From the NCBI GenBank assembly GCA_024742695.1, contig JANSXY010000012.1, forward strand, positions 16,433-80,432: DNA of 64,000 nucleotides, written 5' to 3'. Positions 1 to 8,287 of this stretch are shown here, in pieces. Under the pieces are notes generated by a model. The model saw nothing but the letters and a program-made list of their open reading frames with translations, was not told the DNA's origin and did not search any database. Position numbers and translations under genes: made by a program. Numbering within the stretch: the stretch's first letter is position 1; the number at the start of each line of letters is the position of its first letter. Source of the stretch: Paracoccaceae bacterium (GTDB lineage: Bacteria; Pseudomonadota; Alphaproteobacteria; Rhodobacterales; Rhodobacteraceae).

Positions 1-104
1 GCGCGATCCGCACGACCCCGAGGAAGGGCTGATCCTGCACGAGGCCTGCGGCGGCGAACCGGTCACGACCGCTGCCGCCGCCGAATGACCGCCCGGCCGC
101 GCGG

Positions 105-875
105 TCAGATCGATCCGGCCTCGACCATGAAATTGCCGGCCGTGCACATCGCCGCGTCGTCGGAGGCAAGGAACAGCACCATCCGCGCGATGTAGACCGG
201 CTCGATCAGGTCGGGCAGGCATTGCCGGGCGCGGTGTTTCTCGATCGCCTCGGGCGTGACCCAAAGCTGCTTCTGCCGCTCGGTCATGATCCAGCCGGGC
301 ACCACGGTGTTGACCCGGATCCGGTGGTCGCCAAGGTCGCGCGCCATCGTCCGCGTCAGCCCGTGCACCGCCGACTTGGCCGTGGTGTAGGCCGGCATGT
401 TGCCGACCGCCTCCCACCAGCTGTTCGACCCGATGTTGACGATCGATCCGCCGCCGGCGGCGATCATGCCCTCGGCCACCGCCTGGATCGCGAAGAACAT
501 GTGCCGCAGGTTGGTCGCCATGCGTTCGTCCCAGTACTCCGGCGTCACCTCGCGCCAGTCGTGGCGATCGTCGCGCGCCGCGTTGTTGACAAGGACGCGG
601 GCCGCGCCGATCCGCTCGGCCAGCCGGGCGAAGGCCATGCGCAGCGCGTCGAGGTCGCGCAGGTCGCACGGCTCGAAAGCCACGTCGCCGCCCAGCCTGC
701 CGGCGAGGGCCGCGCCCGCGTCGATATCCATGTCGACGAAGCCCACCCGCGCGCCCTCTGCCGCGAAAGCCGCAACGATCTCGGCCCCGATGCCCGAGGC
801 GCCGCCGGTGACGAAGACGGTCTTGCCTTTCAGGCTCGGGTAGCTGGCGAAGGCCGGGCCGCTGTCGTCGGTCAT
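105..875 (-). CDS. Short-chain dehydrogenase/reductase (classical SDR)
   Basis: 256-aa ORF. Has the Rossmann motif TGGASGIG, NNAA, and the catalytic Y-x3-K (YTTAK). Confidence 0.85.
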   Translation of the reverse strand: MTDDSGPAFASYPSLKGKTVFVTGGASGIGAEIVAAFAAEGARVGFVDMDIDAGAALAGRLGGDVAFEPCDLRDLDALRMAFARLAERIGAARVLVNNAARDDRHDWREVTPEYWDERMATNLRHMFFAIQAVAEGMIAAGGGSIVNIGSNSWWEAVGNMPAYTTAKSAVHGLTRTMARDLGDHRIRVNTVVPGWIMTERQKQLWVTPEAIEKHRARQCLPDLIEPVYIARMVLFLASDDAAMCTAGNFMVEAGSI

Positions 876-1015
876 GGTCGTCGGAACCTCCCTGCAGGAT
901 CTGGCGCTGCGACCCTAGCACGGACGGCGACGGCGGCCAGCCCCGGCAACCGCCGCGAAGAATTGACCGCAGGGTGAAAAGCCACTCTAGTGGCGCGCCA
1001 CGAAGGACGGTGCCG

Positions 1016-2266
1016 ATGGATCTTGCAACCCCGCGCAATTCGCAACTGATCGATGCGTTCCGGTCGCTGGCGATGCTGCACGTGGTCTTCGCGCATGCGC
1101 TGATCGTCTACCTGCTGGCCGTCGACGCGCCCGATCTGGTGGCCGGGTTCATCGCCTCGGCCCCGTTCGTCTTCAACCCGGTCTGGCACACCTACTCGGT
1201 CGATATCTTCTTCATGCTGTCGGCACTGCTGATCGGCCTGCCGCTTCTGTCAGAGTACCGAAGCCGCGGCACGATCGGGTTTCGGGCGCATTTCCTGCGC
1301 CGGGCGACGCGGATCCTGCCGCTCTACTACCTCACCCTCGCGATCTACCTGCTGGTGCAGGATCCGCCGCTCGAAGAGGTTCTGCTGTCGCTGGTGTTCA
1401 TGGGCTACGTGTTCGGCGACGGCAACACGATGGACATCGGCGGCTGGGCGATCGAGGCGCTGGCGCAATCCTACGTCTTCTTGCCCGCCGTCGCGCTGGC
1501 CGTGGTGCGCGCGCCGCGGCCGGGCCTTGTGCTGGTGGCGCTGATCCTCGGCAGCGTCGCGATCCGCTGGGCCTATGTTCTGGCCCATCCGGAGCTGGAG
1601 GTGCCGCGCGTCTATCTCTTCGACGAGATGATCGAGATGCCGCTGTGCGACGCGCTTTATCACCGGTCCTGGTTCCGGCTGAGCCCGTTCTTCGTGGGGC
1701 TGGGGCTGGCCTGGCTTCTGACCTTGCGGCGCGAGGCGCTGGAACGGGCGATGGACCGGCCGCGCAACCGCCGCCTCGTGCTGCTCGCCGGGCTGTCGCT
1801 GTTCGTGCCGACCGCCTGGATCCCGCTGCACGACCCGGCCAGCCCGGTGCATGACTGGGTGGGTCACGGTTTCCTGGTGTTCTATCTGGTGACCTCGCAC
1901 ACCCTCGTGGCGCTGGGCTGCGCGGCGATCCTGCTGGCGCTGATGGCCCGGCCGGCGCGGCCGGGCGGGCTGCCGGGCGGGCGGGTCTGGCAGGCGCTGG
2001 CGCAGAACTTGTATGCCGTGTTCCTATTTCACCCGATCTTCGTGCTGCTGGCCGCGGTGATCGTCTTCCGGTCGACCGACCCGGCCGCGCTGCGCGGCGC
2101 GACGTTCTGGGATGTCTGCGCGGTCTTCGCGCTGGCGGTACCGATGACACTGGCGCTGGCCGTGCCGTTGACGCGCTACGTCGAGCGGCCGGTCCAGTCC
2201 CTGCTGCGGCGGGCCTTCATCGGCGAGGCGGAGGCATCGAAGGCCGGCCGGCCCGGCCCGGGCTAG
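1016..2266 (+). CDS. Acyltransferase family 3 integral membrane protein
   Basis: Polytopic hydrophobic ORF with the family-typical N-terminus (IDAFRSLAMLHVVFAHA). ATG at 1016 preferred over the GTG at 974. The 3' end overlaps the convergent GT39 gene by 4 nt. Confidence 0.7.
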   Translation: MDLATPRNSQLIDAFRSLAMLHVVFAHALIVYLLAVDAPDLVAGFIASAPFVFNPVWHTYSVDIFFMLSALLIGLPLLSEYRSRGTIGFRAHFLRRATRILPLYYLTLAIYLLVQDPPLEEVLLSLVFMGYVFGDGNTMDIGGWAIEALAQSYVFLPAVALAVVRAPRPGLVLVALILGSVAIRWAYVLAHPELEVPRVYLFDEMIEMPLCDALYHRSWFRLSPFFVGLGLAWLLTLRREALERAMDRPRNRRLVLLAGLSLFVPTAWIPLHDPASPVHDWVGHGFLVFYLVTSHTLVALGCAAILLALMARPARPGGLPGGRVWQALAQNLYAVFLFHPIFVLLAAVIVFRSTDPAALRGATFWDVCAVFALAVPMTLALAVPLTRYVERPVQSLLRRAFIGEAEASKAGRPGPG

Positions 2267-3831
2267 GCCGGGCCGCACAGGCCGGGCGGCCCCGCCGCGG
2301 CCCCCTGCCCGGGCTCCGGCCGGATCGACCGGCCGAGCAGGATCTCGAACGACCGGCCGTCGCTGTCGCGCCGCACCCGGTCCCGCGGTTCGACCTGCGC
2401 GAAGATCGCGCACAGCCGCGCCGTCTCGTCCGCCATGCGGCGCGTCTCGATCACCAGGATCGCATCCTGCCCGGCGCGGTCGGCGCGCAGCCCGGCCTCG
2501 TTCAGCCGCCAGATCGCCACCTGCTTGGCCCGGCCCCGCACCTCGCCCAGCGGCCGATCGTCGATCGTGTAGACGCCGCGCGACCGGCCCAGCCCGAAGG
2601 CGACATAGGTCAGCGTCGTCACCCGGTCGGTGACGACGGTGGCCGCCGCATCCGGCTCCTGCGTCGCCAGCGCCTCGACCGCCGTGGCCAGCCTGTCCCA
2701 GCCCGACAGCTTGGCGGTGGCGAGGCCGCGCATCGACACCGGCAGCCGATCGTAGACCGTGGACAGCGCGAGGAAGCCGAGAAGCGCCGCGACGATCGCC
2801 AGGCCAGAACCGATCACGGCGGCACCGATCCAGCGCGCCGTGCCCGCCAGCGCGAGGCCCAGTAGGATCAGCAGCGGGACATAGCCGAACACCGGCCAAT
2901 GCACGGTGAAGGCGGTGCCGCCCACCGACCATGGCTTCATCGCCGCGAAGCTCAGCACCCCGGCGGCCGCGAACCACAACAGCAGGGCGTCGTCGCCGCC
3001 CCCGGCGATCCCGCGCGCTAGCGCCCGCCACGCCGCCCAGGCCAGCGCGGCGAACACCACCGGCGTGACCACCAGCGCCTGTTCGGGCAGGTACCACAAC
3101 CCCTCGGCATCGAAGGTCCAGGGATGCCGGTCGGCGAAGTGGTAGCGCACCCCGGCGAGGTCGTTGCCAAGGTTGAACAGCAGGACCGGCAACAGACCCA
3201 GCAGAACCAGCACGACGGCGATCCACGGCCCCGGGAGGGCCAGCGCCGCGCGGCCGCGGGCCGAGAACAGCAGGTAGAACAAACCGCCCAGCATCACGAA
3301 GGCGAAGCGGTAGTGCGCGTTGCAGGCCAGCGCCGCGACCAGACCCAGCGCCACCCAGCGGCCCGTCGACGGCACCCGCACCGCCCGCGTGAAAAGCCCG
3401 AGGCTGATGATCGACAGCAGGATCATCGGCACGTCCGGCACCGCCAGAAGCCCCATGATCGACAGCAGCGGCACGGCCAGCGCCAGCGTCGCCGCGCGCC
3501 AGGCCGCCGCCCGGTCGCCGAACAGCCGCGCCACCCGATAGACCGCCAGCGGGATCAGCGCGCCCAGCGCGAGGAACGCCAGCCGCACCCCCAGCGCCGT
3601 GTCGCCGGCCAAGAGCGTGCCGAGGCCGACCAGCAGCGGCGTCAGCACCGGCACGTCGCTGTAGGAGATCGCGGGATACTGCGCCTCGAGCCAGTAGAAC
3701 GCCTCGTCGGGATGCAGGTCGAGCCGGGCGGCCAGCCAGAGTTTGGTGGCCTGCACCGCCGCGAACAGAAGCCAGAATATCGCCGCCGCCCGCGCCGCGT
3801 CCCTGTCTGTCGTCTGGTGATCCGCGTTCAT
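2263..3831 (-). CDS. GT39/ArnT-PMT-like glycosyltransferase (polytopic membrane protein)
   Basis: About 520 aa. N-terminal loop motif DEAFYW after TM1, then about 11 TM segments and a soluble C-terminal domain. Start taken at MNADHQ (3831). Confidence 0.7.
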   Translation of the reverse strand: MNADHQTTDRDAARAAAIFWLLFAAVQATKLWLAARLDLHPDEAFYWLEAQYPAISYSDVPVLTPLLVGLGTLLAGDTALGVRLAFLALGALIPLAVYRVARLFGDRAAAWRAATLALAVPLLSIMGLLAVPDVPMILLSIISLGLFTRAVRVPSTGRWVALGLVAALACNAHYRFAFVMLGGLFYLLFSARGRAALALPGPWIAVVLVLLGLLPVLLFNLGNDLAGVRYHFADRHPWTFDAEGLWYLPEQALVVTPVVFAALAWAAWRALARGIAGGGDDALLLWFAAAGVLSFAAMKPWSVGGTAFTVHWPVFGYVPLLILLGLALAGTARWIGAAVIGSGLAIVAALLGFLALSTVYDRLPVSMRGLATAKLSGWDRLATAVEALATQEPDAAATVVTDRVTTLTYVAFGLGRSRGVYTIDDRPLGEVRGRAKQVAIWRLNEAGLRADRAGQDAILVIETRRMADETARLCAIFAQVEPRDRVRRDSDGRSFEILLGRSIRPEPGQGAAAGPPGLCGPA

Positions 3832-4009
3832 GCCGTGCCGTTCCGCTCGCCGGGGGCGCGGCATCCCGCGCGGCCGGCCCCGTCGAACCCTGTCGCGCCG
3901 GTCTTGTCAAGGGATCGGCCGCCGGGCGCGCCCCGGCCTGCGGCGCTTACCCGATTCTAATCGATTGCATGTTACCTGCCCCCGCGCGAACAGGCTAAGG
4001 GACAGGCGC

Positions 4010-6241
4010 ATGACGCAGCAGGGCCGAGACGTGAGAGCGATGCGGAAGAGGGTGAAGACCGAGGCCGGCATCGCGGTGCCGGCGCTGTTCGCCGGGGTCG
4101 TCACCCTCAGCGCCGGGCTGCTGTTCTTCGTGCAGCCGCTGGCCGCGAAGCTGGCGCTGCCCTACCTGGGCGGGGCCGCCGCGGTCTGGACCACGGCAAT
4201 GCTGTTCTTCCAGGCGGTACTGCTGGCCGGATACGGCTATGCCCACCTTCTGGCCACCCGCACGGCGCCGGCGGCCCAGGTCGGCCTGCATCTTCTGGTG
4301 CTGGCCGCCGGGCTCGCGGTCTTGCCGATCGCCGTGCCGGCGGGCTGGACCGTCAATCCCGGCTCCGATCCGGCGATCCAGACGCTGGTGTTCCTCGGCC
4401 TCGCGGTCGGGCTGCCGTTCTTCGCACTGGCCGCGAACGCGCCGCTGATCCAGGCATGGTACGCCCGCACCGGCGCACGGCACGCCGCCGACCCCTATCA
4501 TCTCTACGCCGCGTCGAACGCCGGGTCGCTTGTGGCGCTGCTGGGCTTTCCGCTGGTGGCGGAACCGCTGTTCGGCGCGCGGGTGATCTCGGGCGGCTGG
4601 GCGGCGGCCTATGTCGCGCTGATCGCCGGGATGGCCGCCTGCGGCTGGGCCAGCCTGCGTGGCTCGGCCCTGCGCGCGGCGGCGCCGCGCACCGGGGCCG
4701 ACAGCACCGGGCCGCGGCCCGCGACGCTGCTGCACTGGGCGGCGCTGGGCTTCGTTCCCTCCTCGCTCCTGCTCGGGGCGACCTCGATCGTGACGACGGA
4801 TCTTGGCTCCTTCCCGCTGCTGTGGGTGATCCCGCTGGCGCTGTTCCTGCTGACCTTCGTGATCGGCTTTTCCCGCTGGTACCGCCCGCGGCCCGAAACC
4901 TCGGCGCGTATCGCGCTGGCCTGCGTGCTGGCGCTGGCGGTGCCGGCGCTGTTCGGCGTGGCCTTTCACCTCAAGCTGGCCGGTTTCGGCTTCGTGCTCG
5001 GCGGCTTTTTCGTCATCGCGTTGCATTGCCATGCCCAACTCTACGCGCTGCGCCCCGCCGCCGCGCACCTGACGCCGTTCTACTTCGCGATGTCGGTCGG
5101 CGGCGTCTGCGGCGGCCTGTTCAACTCGCTGCTGGCCCCGGCGCTGTTCGACAGCCACGCGGAATTCGAGATCACGCTGATCCTCGCCGCCTTCGTGATC
5201 GCCGCGCCGCTGGTCCGGGGCCTGCGCACCCCGCTGGTCTGGGGCGGCGCGGCCAGCGCGGCGGCGATCCTGTGCTACCTCGCGGCGGTCAACAGCGGCC
5301 TTGCCGCCCGTATCGGATCGGAGCCGAAGCTGCTGGGCACGGTGCTGTACCTCTTCGCGGTGGCCGCCACGCTTCTGCGCCCGCCTGCCGTGGCGGTGGC
5401 GATGCTGGTCACCGGCGGCTTCGTGGCCACGCTTGGCGGCGACACCGCCGTCCTGCGCGACCGCAGCTTCTTCGGCGCCTACGAGGTGATCGACGATCCC
5501 GAGGCCGGAACCCGGACGCTGCGCCACGGCACCACGATCCACGGTGTCGCGGCGCTGCACGATCTGGACGCGCCGCGCCCGGTGCCGCTGAGCTACTACC
5601 ACGAAACCGGGCCGATGGCCCGGGCGCTGGCGCTGCTGGCCGACGCGCGGGCGCATGTGGGCGTCGTCGGGCTTGGCGTCGGCTCGCTGGCCTGCCATGC
5701 CGGGCCCGGCCAGCGCTGGACGTTCTTCGAGATCGATCCGCTGGTCGACCGGATCGCGCGCGACCCGGCGCTGTTTCCGTTCATGCCGGCCTGCGGCGCG
5801 GCGATGCCGACGCTCCTGGGCGACGCGCGGATCGAGTTGCAGCGGATGGCCGGGCCGCGGTTCGACATGCTGGTGATCGATGCCTATTCCTCGGACGCGG
5901 TGCCGGTGCACCTGACCACGCTGGAGGCGATGGAGCTGTATCTCGACCGGCTCGCCGCGGACGGCGCGATCGTCTTTCACATCTCGAACCGCTACTACGA
6001 TCTCGAACGTGTGCTCGCCGGTGCGGCGGGGCGCCTTGGCCTTGCGGCGGTTGCCAAGCTGCATGTCCCGGGTCCGGATACGCCCGACGGGACGCAGGTG
6101 TCGCATGTCGTCGCGCTGGCCCGCGACGCGGAGCGGCTTGACGCGCTGGTCGCGCAGGACGGCTGGGCAAGGCTCGACCCCGACCGCGCGGTGCTGTGGA
6201 CGGACGATTCCGCCAGCCCGCTGGCGGTGCTGCGCCGCTGA
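4010..6241 (+). CDS. Polytopic membrane protein fused to a spermidine-synthase-like (SAM MTase fold) C-terminal domain
   Basis: About 480 aa of TM helices followed by VGVVGLGVGSLA (GxGxG) and DMLVIDAYSSD motifs. Start at ATG 4010 after AAGGGA. Divergent from the GT39 gene. Confidence 0.6.
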   Translation: MTQQGRDVRAMRKRVKTEAGIAVPALFAGVVTLSAGLLFFVQPLAAKLALPYLGGAAAVWTTAMLFFQAVLLAGYGYAHLLATRTAPAAQVGLHLLVLAAGLAVLPIAVPAGWTVNPGSDPAIQTLVFLGLAVGLPFFALAANAPLIQAWYARTGARHAADPYHLYAASNAGSLVALLGFPLVAEPLFGARVISGGWAAAYVALIAGMAACGWASLRGSALRAAAPRTGADSTGPRPATLLHWAALGFVPSSLLLGATSIVTTDLGSFPLLWVIPLALFLLTFVIGFSRWYRPRPETSARIALACVLALAVPALFGVAFHLKLAGFGFVLGGFFVIALHCHAQLYALRPAAAHLTPFYFAMSVGGVCGGLFNSLLAPALFDSHAEFEITLILAAFVIAAPLVRGLRTPLVWGGAASAAAILCYLAAVNSGLAARIGSEPKLLGTVLYLFAVAATLLRPPAVAVAMLVTGGFVATLGGDTAVLRDRSFFGAYEVIDDPEAGTRTLRHGTTIHGVAALHDLDAPRPVPLSYYHETGPMARALALLADARAHVGVVGLGVGSLACHAGPGQRWTFFEIDPLVDRIARDPALFPFMPACGAAMPTLLGDARIELQRMAGPRFDMLVIDAYSSDAVPVHLTTLEAMELYLDRLAADGAIVFHISNRYYDLERVLAGAAGRLGLAAVAKLHVPGPDTPDGTQVSHVVALARDAERLDALVAQDGWARLDPDRAVLWTDDSASPLAVLRR

Positions 6242-6268
6242 GCGACCGCCGCCGTCCGCCTTCCGCCT

Positions 6269-7486
6269 TCAGCCGTCTGCCGTGTCGTCGCGCACCGCCG
6301 CGCGGATCCGTTGCAGGATGTCGGGCTGCGCGGCCTGGACCCGGCTCCAGTTCGGGATGAACGGCGTCTCCATCGGGTTGTCGAGGAAGATGTTGCCGGC
6401 CTCGACGATGTTGGCGGCGAACAGTTCCACCGCCTTTTCCTCGACATGCCGATCCAGCGCGAGGCCGTTCACCTTGGCGTCGTTGTAGTACATTTCCAGA
6501 AGATCCAGCGCGATCCGGTAGTAGGTGGCCTTGAGCGTGCGGAAATGCTCGGTCGAGAAGGTCACGCCATCGGTGGCCAGCTTGCGGATCAGCGCCTTGG
6601 AAATGTCCATCGACATCCGCGCCAGGCCCTTCGAGGCATCCTCTTCCGACAGCGGCTGATGCTTGTGATCGTAGGTGTCGGCGATATCGGCCTGGCAGAC
6701 CGCATGGCGCGACAGGTTGCGCCAGACCTCGGACAGGACGCCGATCTCCAGCCCCCAGTCCGACGGGATGCGCATGTCGGGCAGCATCGCGGTGCGCATC
6801 GCGAATTCGCCCGCCAGCGGGTAGCGGAAGGCGCGCAGGTACTCGAGGTAGTCGTTCTGGCCGAAGCATTTCTGCAAGGCCAGGATCAACGGCGTGACCA
6901 GAAGCCGGGTGACCCGGCCGCCCATCTTGCGATGGCCGATCCGCGCGTAATAGCCCTTGCAGAACTGGTAGGGAAACTCGGGGTTGGCGACCGGGTAGAC
7001 CAGCCGGGTCAGCATCTCGCGCCGATAGGACACGATATCGCAATCGTGCAGCGCGACCACGTCGGAGCTGGCCGAGGCCAGCACATGGCCCATGCAGTAC
7101 CAGACGTTGCGGCCCTTGCCCGCCTCCTCGGGCGCAAGACGGGCCGCGGCGAGATCCTCGTGGATCGCACGCAGGCGCGGGCCGTCGTTCCACAGGATGT
7201 CGTGGCGCTGCGGCAGCCGCGCGAAGTAGTTCCGCGCGAAGGCGTATTGCCCGGCATCCGCGCGATCGAGGCCGATCACGATGTGATCGATGTAGCCCGC
7301 GCCCTGCAACTCGTCGACGATCCCGGCCAGCGCCGGGGTTTCCAGTTCGGAAAACAGCGAGGGCAGGATCAGCGTGATCTTGCGCTTTTCGGCAAACAGG
7401 TTCAGCCGCCGTTCGAGATCCTCGACCGGGCGCTGGCCGAGGTTGTGGAGCGTGGCGACGCCGCCGCTTTGGTGAAAGTCGGACAT
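6269..7486 (-). CDS. Glucosyl-3-phosphoglycerate synthase-like glycosyltransferase (GpgS/MpgS type)
   Basis: 405 aa. Has the DxD-type HDCDI and the GGRVTRLLVTPL and PLAGEF...GLEIGVL blocks that resemble GT81 GpgS. Last gene of a three-gene operon with a phosphatase and a phosphorylase. Confidence 0.6.
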   Translation of the reverse strand: MSDFHQSGGVATLHNLGQRPVEDLERRLNLFAEKRKITLILPSLFSELETPALAGIVDELQGAGYIDHIVIGLDRADAGQYAFARNYFARLPQRHDILWNDGPRLRAIHEDLAAARLAPEEAGKGRNVWYCMGHVLASASSDVVALHDCDIVSYRREMLTRLVYPVANPEFPYQFCKGYYARIGHRKMGGRVTRLLVTPLILALQKCFGQNDYLEYLRAFRYPLAGEFAMRTAMLPDMRIPSDWGLEIGVLSEVWRNLSRHAVCQADIADTYDHKHQPLSEEDASKGLARMSMDISKALIRKLATDGVTFSTEHFRTLKATYYRIALDLLEMYYNDAKVNGLALDRHVEEKAVELFAANIVEAGNIFLDNPMETPFIPNWSRVQAAQPDILQRIRAAVRDDTADG

Positions 7487-7498
7487 CGGGCCGCGTTC

Positions 7499-8287
7499 CT
7501 ATCCTGCCAGGGCGTGAAGATCGTCCAGAAGCGCGCCGAGCGCCGCGGCCCAGCCGGCCGGGCCGGGAAACGGCGCGCGCCGGATCCGCCCGGTCGCCTC
7601 GCCCGGCTGGCGCGGCAGGCCGGGATGCGCCGGGTTGGGCACGATCACCGCGTGGTCCGCGGCGTTCAGCATCGCCAGATCGTTGGGCGCGTCGCCCAGC
7701 GCCACCGTCACCGCGCCCGGCCCGTAGCCCGCCGCGACCTCGGCGATCCGGTCGGCCTTGGAGGCGCCGAACGACAGCGTAAGGAACCGCCCGCCCGCCT
7801 CGGCGGTGATCCCCGCCGCGGCCAGCGCGTCGAGAAACGCCGCGCGCTCGGCCGCGCTGCCGGAAAACACGCCGGGTTCGGAAAAGTCGCGGTCCTGGGC
7901 GCGTTTCGCCGCCTCGGGCGCCAGGCAGGTGCGGCGGGCCAGTTCCGCCGCGCTCCAGTCCGAAAAGCCGCTGAACCGGGCGCGCAGGGCCGGCGGCAGG
8001 GCGGCCAGCGCGGCGCGGATGCGCGCGTGGGTGCGCGCCGCGACAGGCCGCGCCTGCCCGGCGGGCAGCACCCCCGCCCCGTTCTCGACGATCGCGGGGC
8101 ACTCGGCAAAGCCAAGGTCCGCCCGCAGCGGCGCGATTTCCGCCGCGGTCTTGCTGCTGGCAAGGATCAGCGGGATGCCGGCCGCGCGCAGCCGCGACAG
8201 CAGCGGCACCGCCGGCGCGTAGCCATAGCTTTCATGGTCCAGCAACGTGCCGTCGAGATCGGTGAAGACGATCACCCGCCCGGTCAC
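7499..8287 (-). CDS. HAD-IIB phosphatase, mannosyl/glucosyl-3-phosphoglycerate phosphatase family (YedP-like)
   Basis: HAD motifs FTDLDGTLL (DxDxT), ASSKT and GDAPNDLAM. GTG start at 8287 overlaps the upstream stop (GTGA). The 429-aa track ORF is an N-terminal over-extension. Confidence 0.65.
   Translation of the reverse strand: MTGRVIVFTDLDGTLLDHESYGYAPAVPLLSRLRAAGIPLILASSKTAAEIAPLRADLGFAECPAIVENGAGVLPAGQARPVAARTHARIRAALAALPPALRARFSGFSDWSAAELARRTCLAPEAAKRAQDRDFSEPGVFSGSAAERAAFLDALAAAGITAEAGGRFLTLSFGASKADRIAEVAAGYGPGAVTVALGDAPNDLAMLNAADHAVIVPNPAHPGLPRQPGEATGRIRRAPFPGPAGWAAALGALLDDLHALAG

Noticed and set aside
2-88. 3' end of a plus-strand ORF (...EEGLILHEACGGEPVTTAAAAE*) at the window edge
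   Set aside because: Only 28 codons are visible and no motif is present, which is too little to call a gene or a function.
981-1001. Overlapping palindromes GCCACTCTAGTGGC and GTGGCGCGCCAC just upstream of the acyltransferase start
   Set aside because: Short GC palindromes are frequent by chance in this composition. No second copy or positional logic supports a regulatory role.
2024-3910. 628-aa ORF in another frame of the GT39 gene region
   Set aside because: It is a frame-shifted shadow of the 2263-3831 gene. Only the GT39 frame gives coherent TM helices and the DEAFYW loop.
5781-8102. 773-aa minus-strand ORF and the 670-aa plus-strand ORF at 6311-8323, spanning the solute operon
   Set aside because: They are off-frame or antisense shadows of the GpgS-like and HAD phosphatase genes. 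They have no motifs and an extreme Arg/Pro content.
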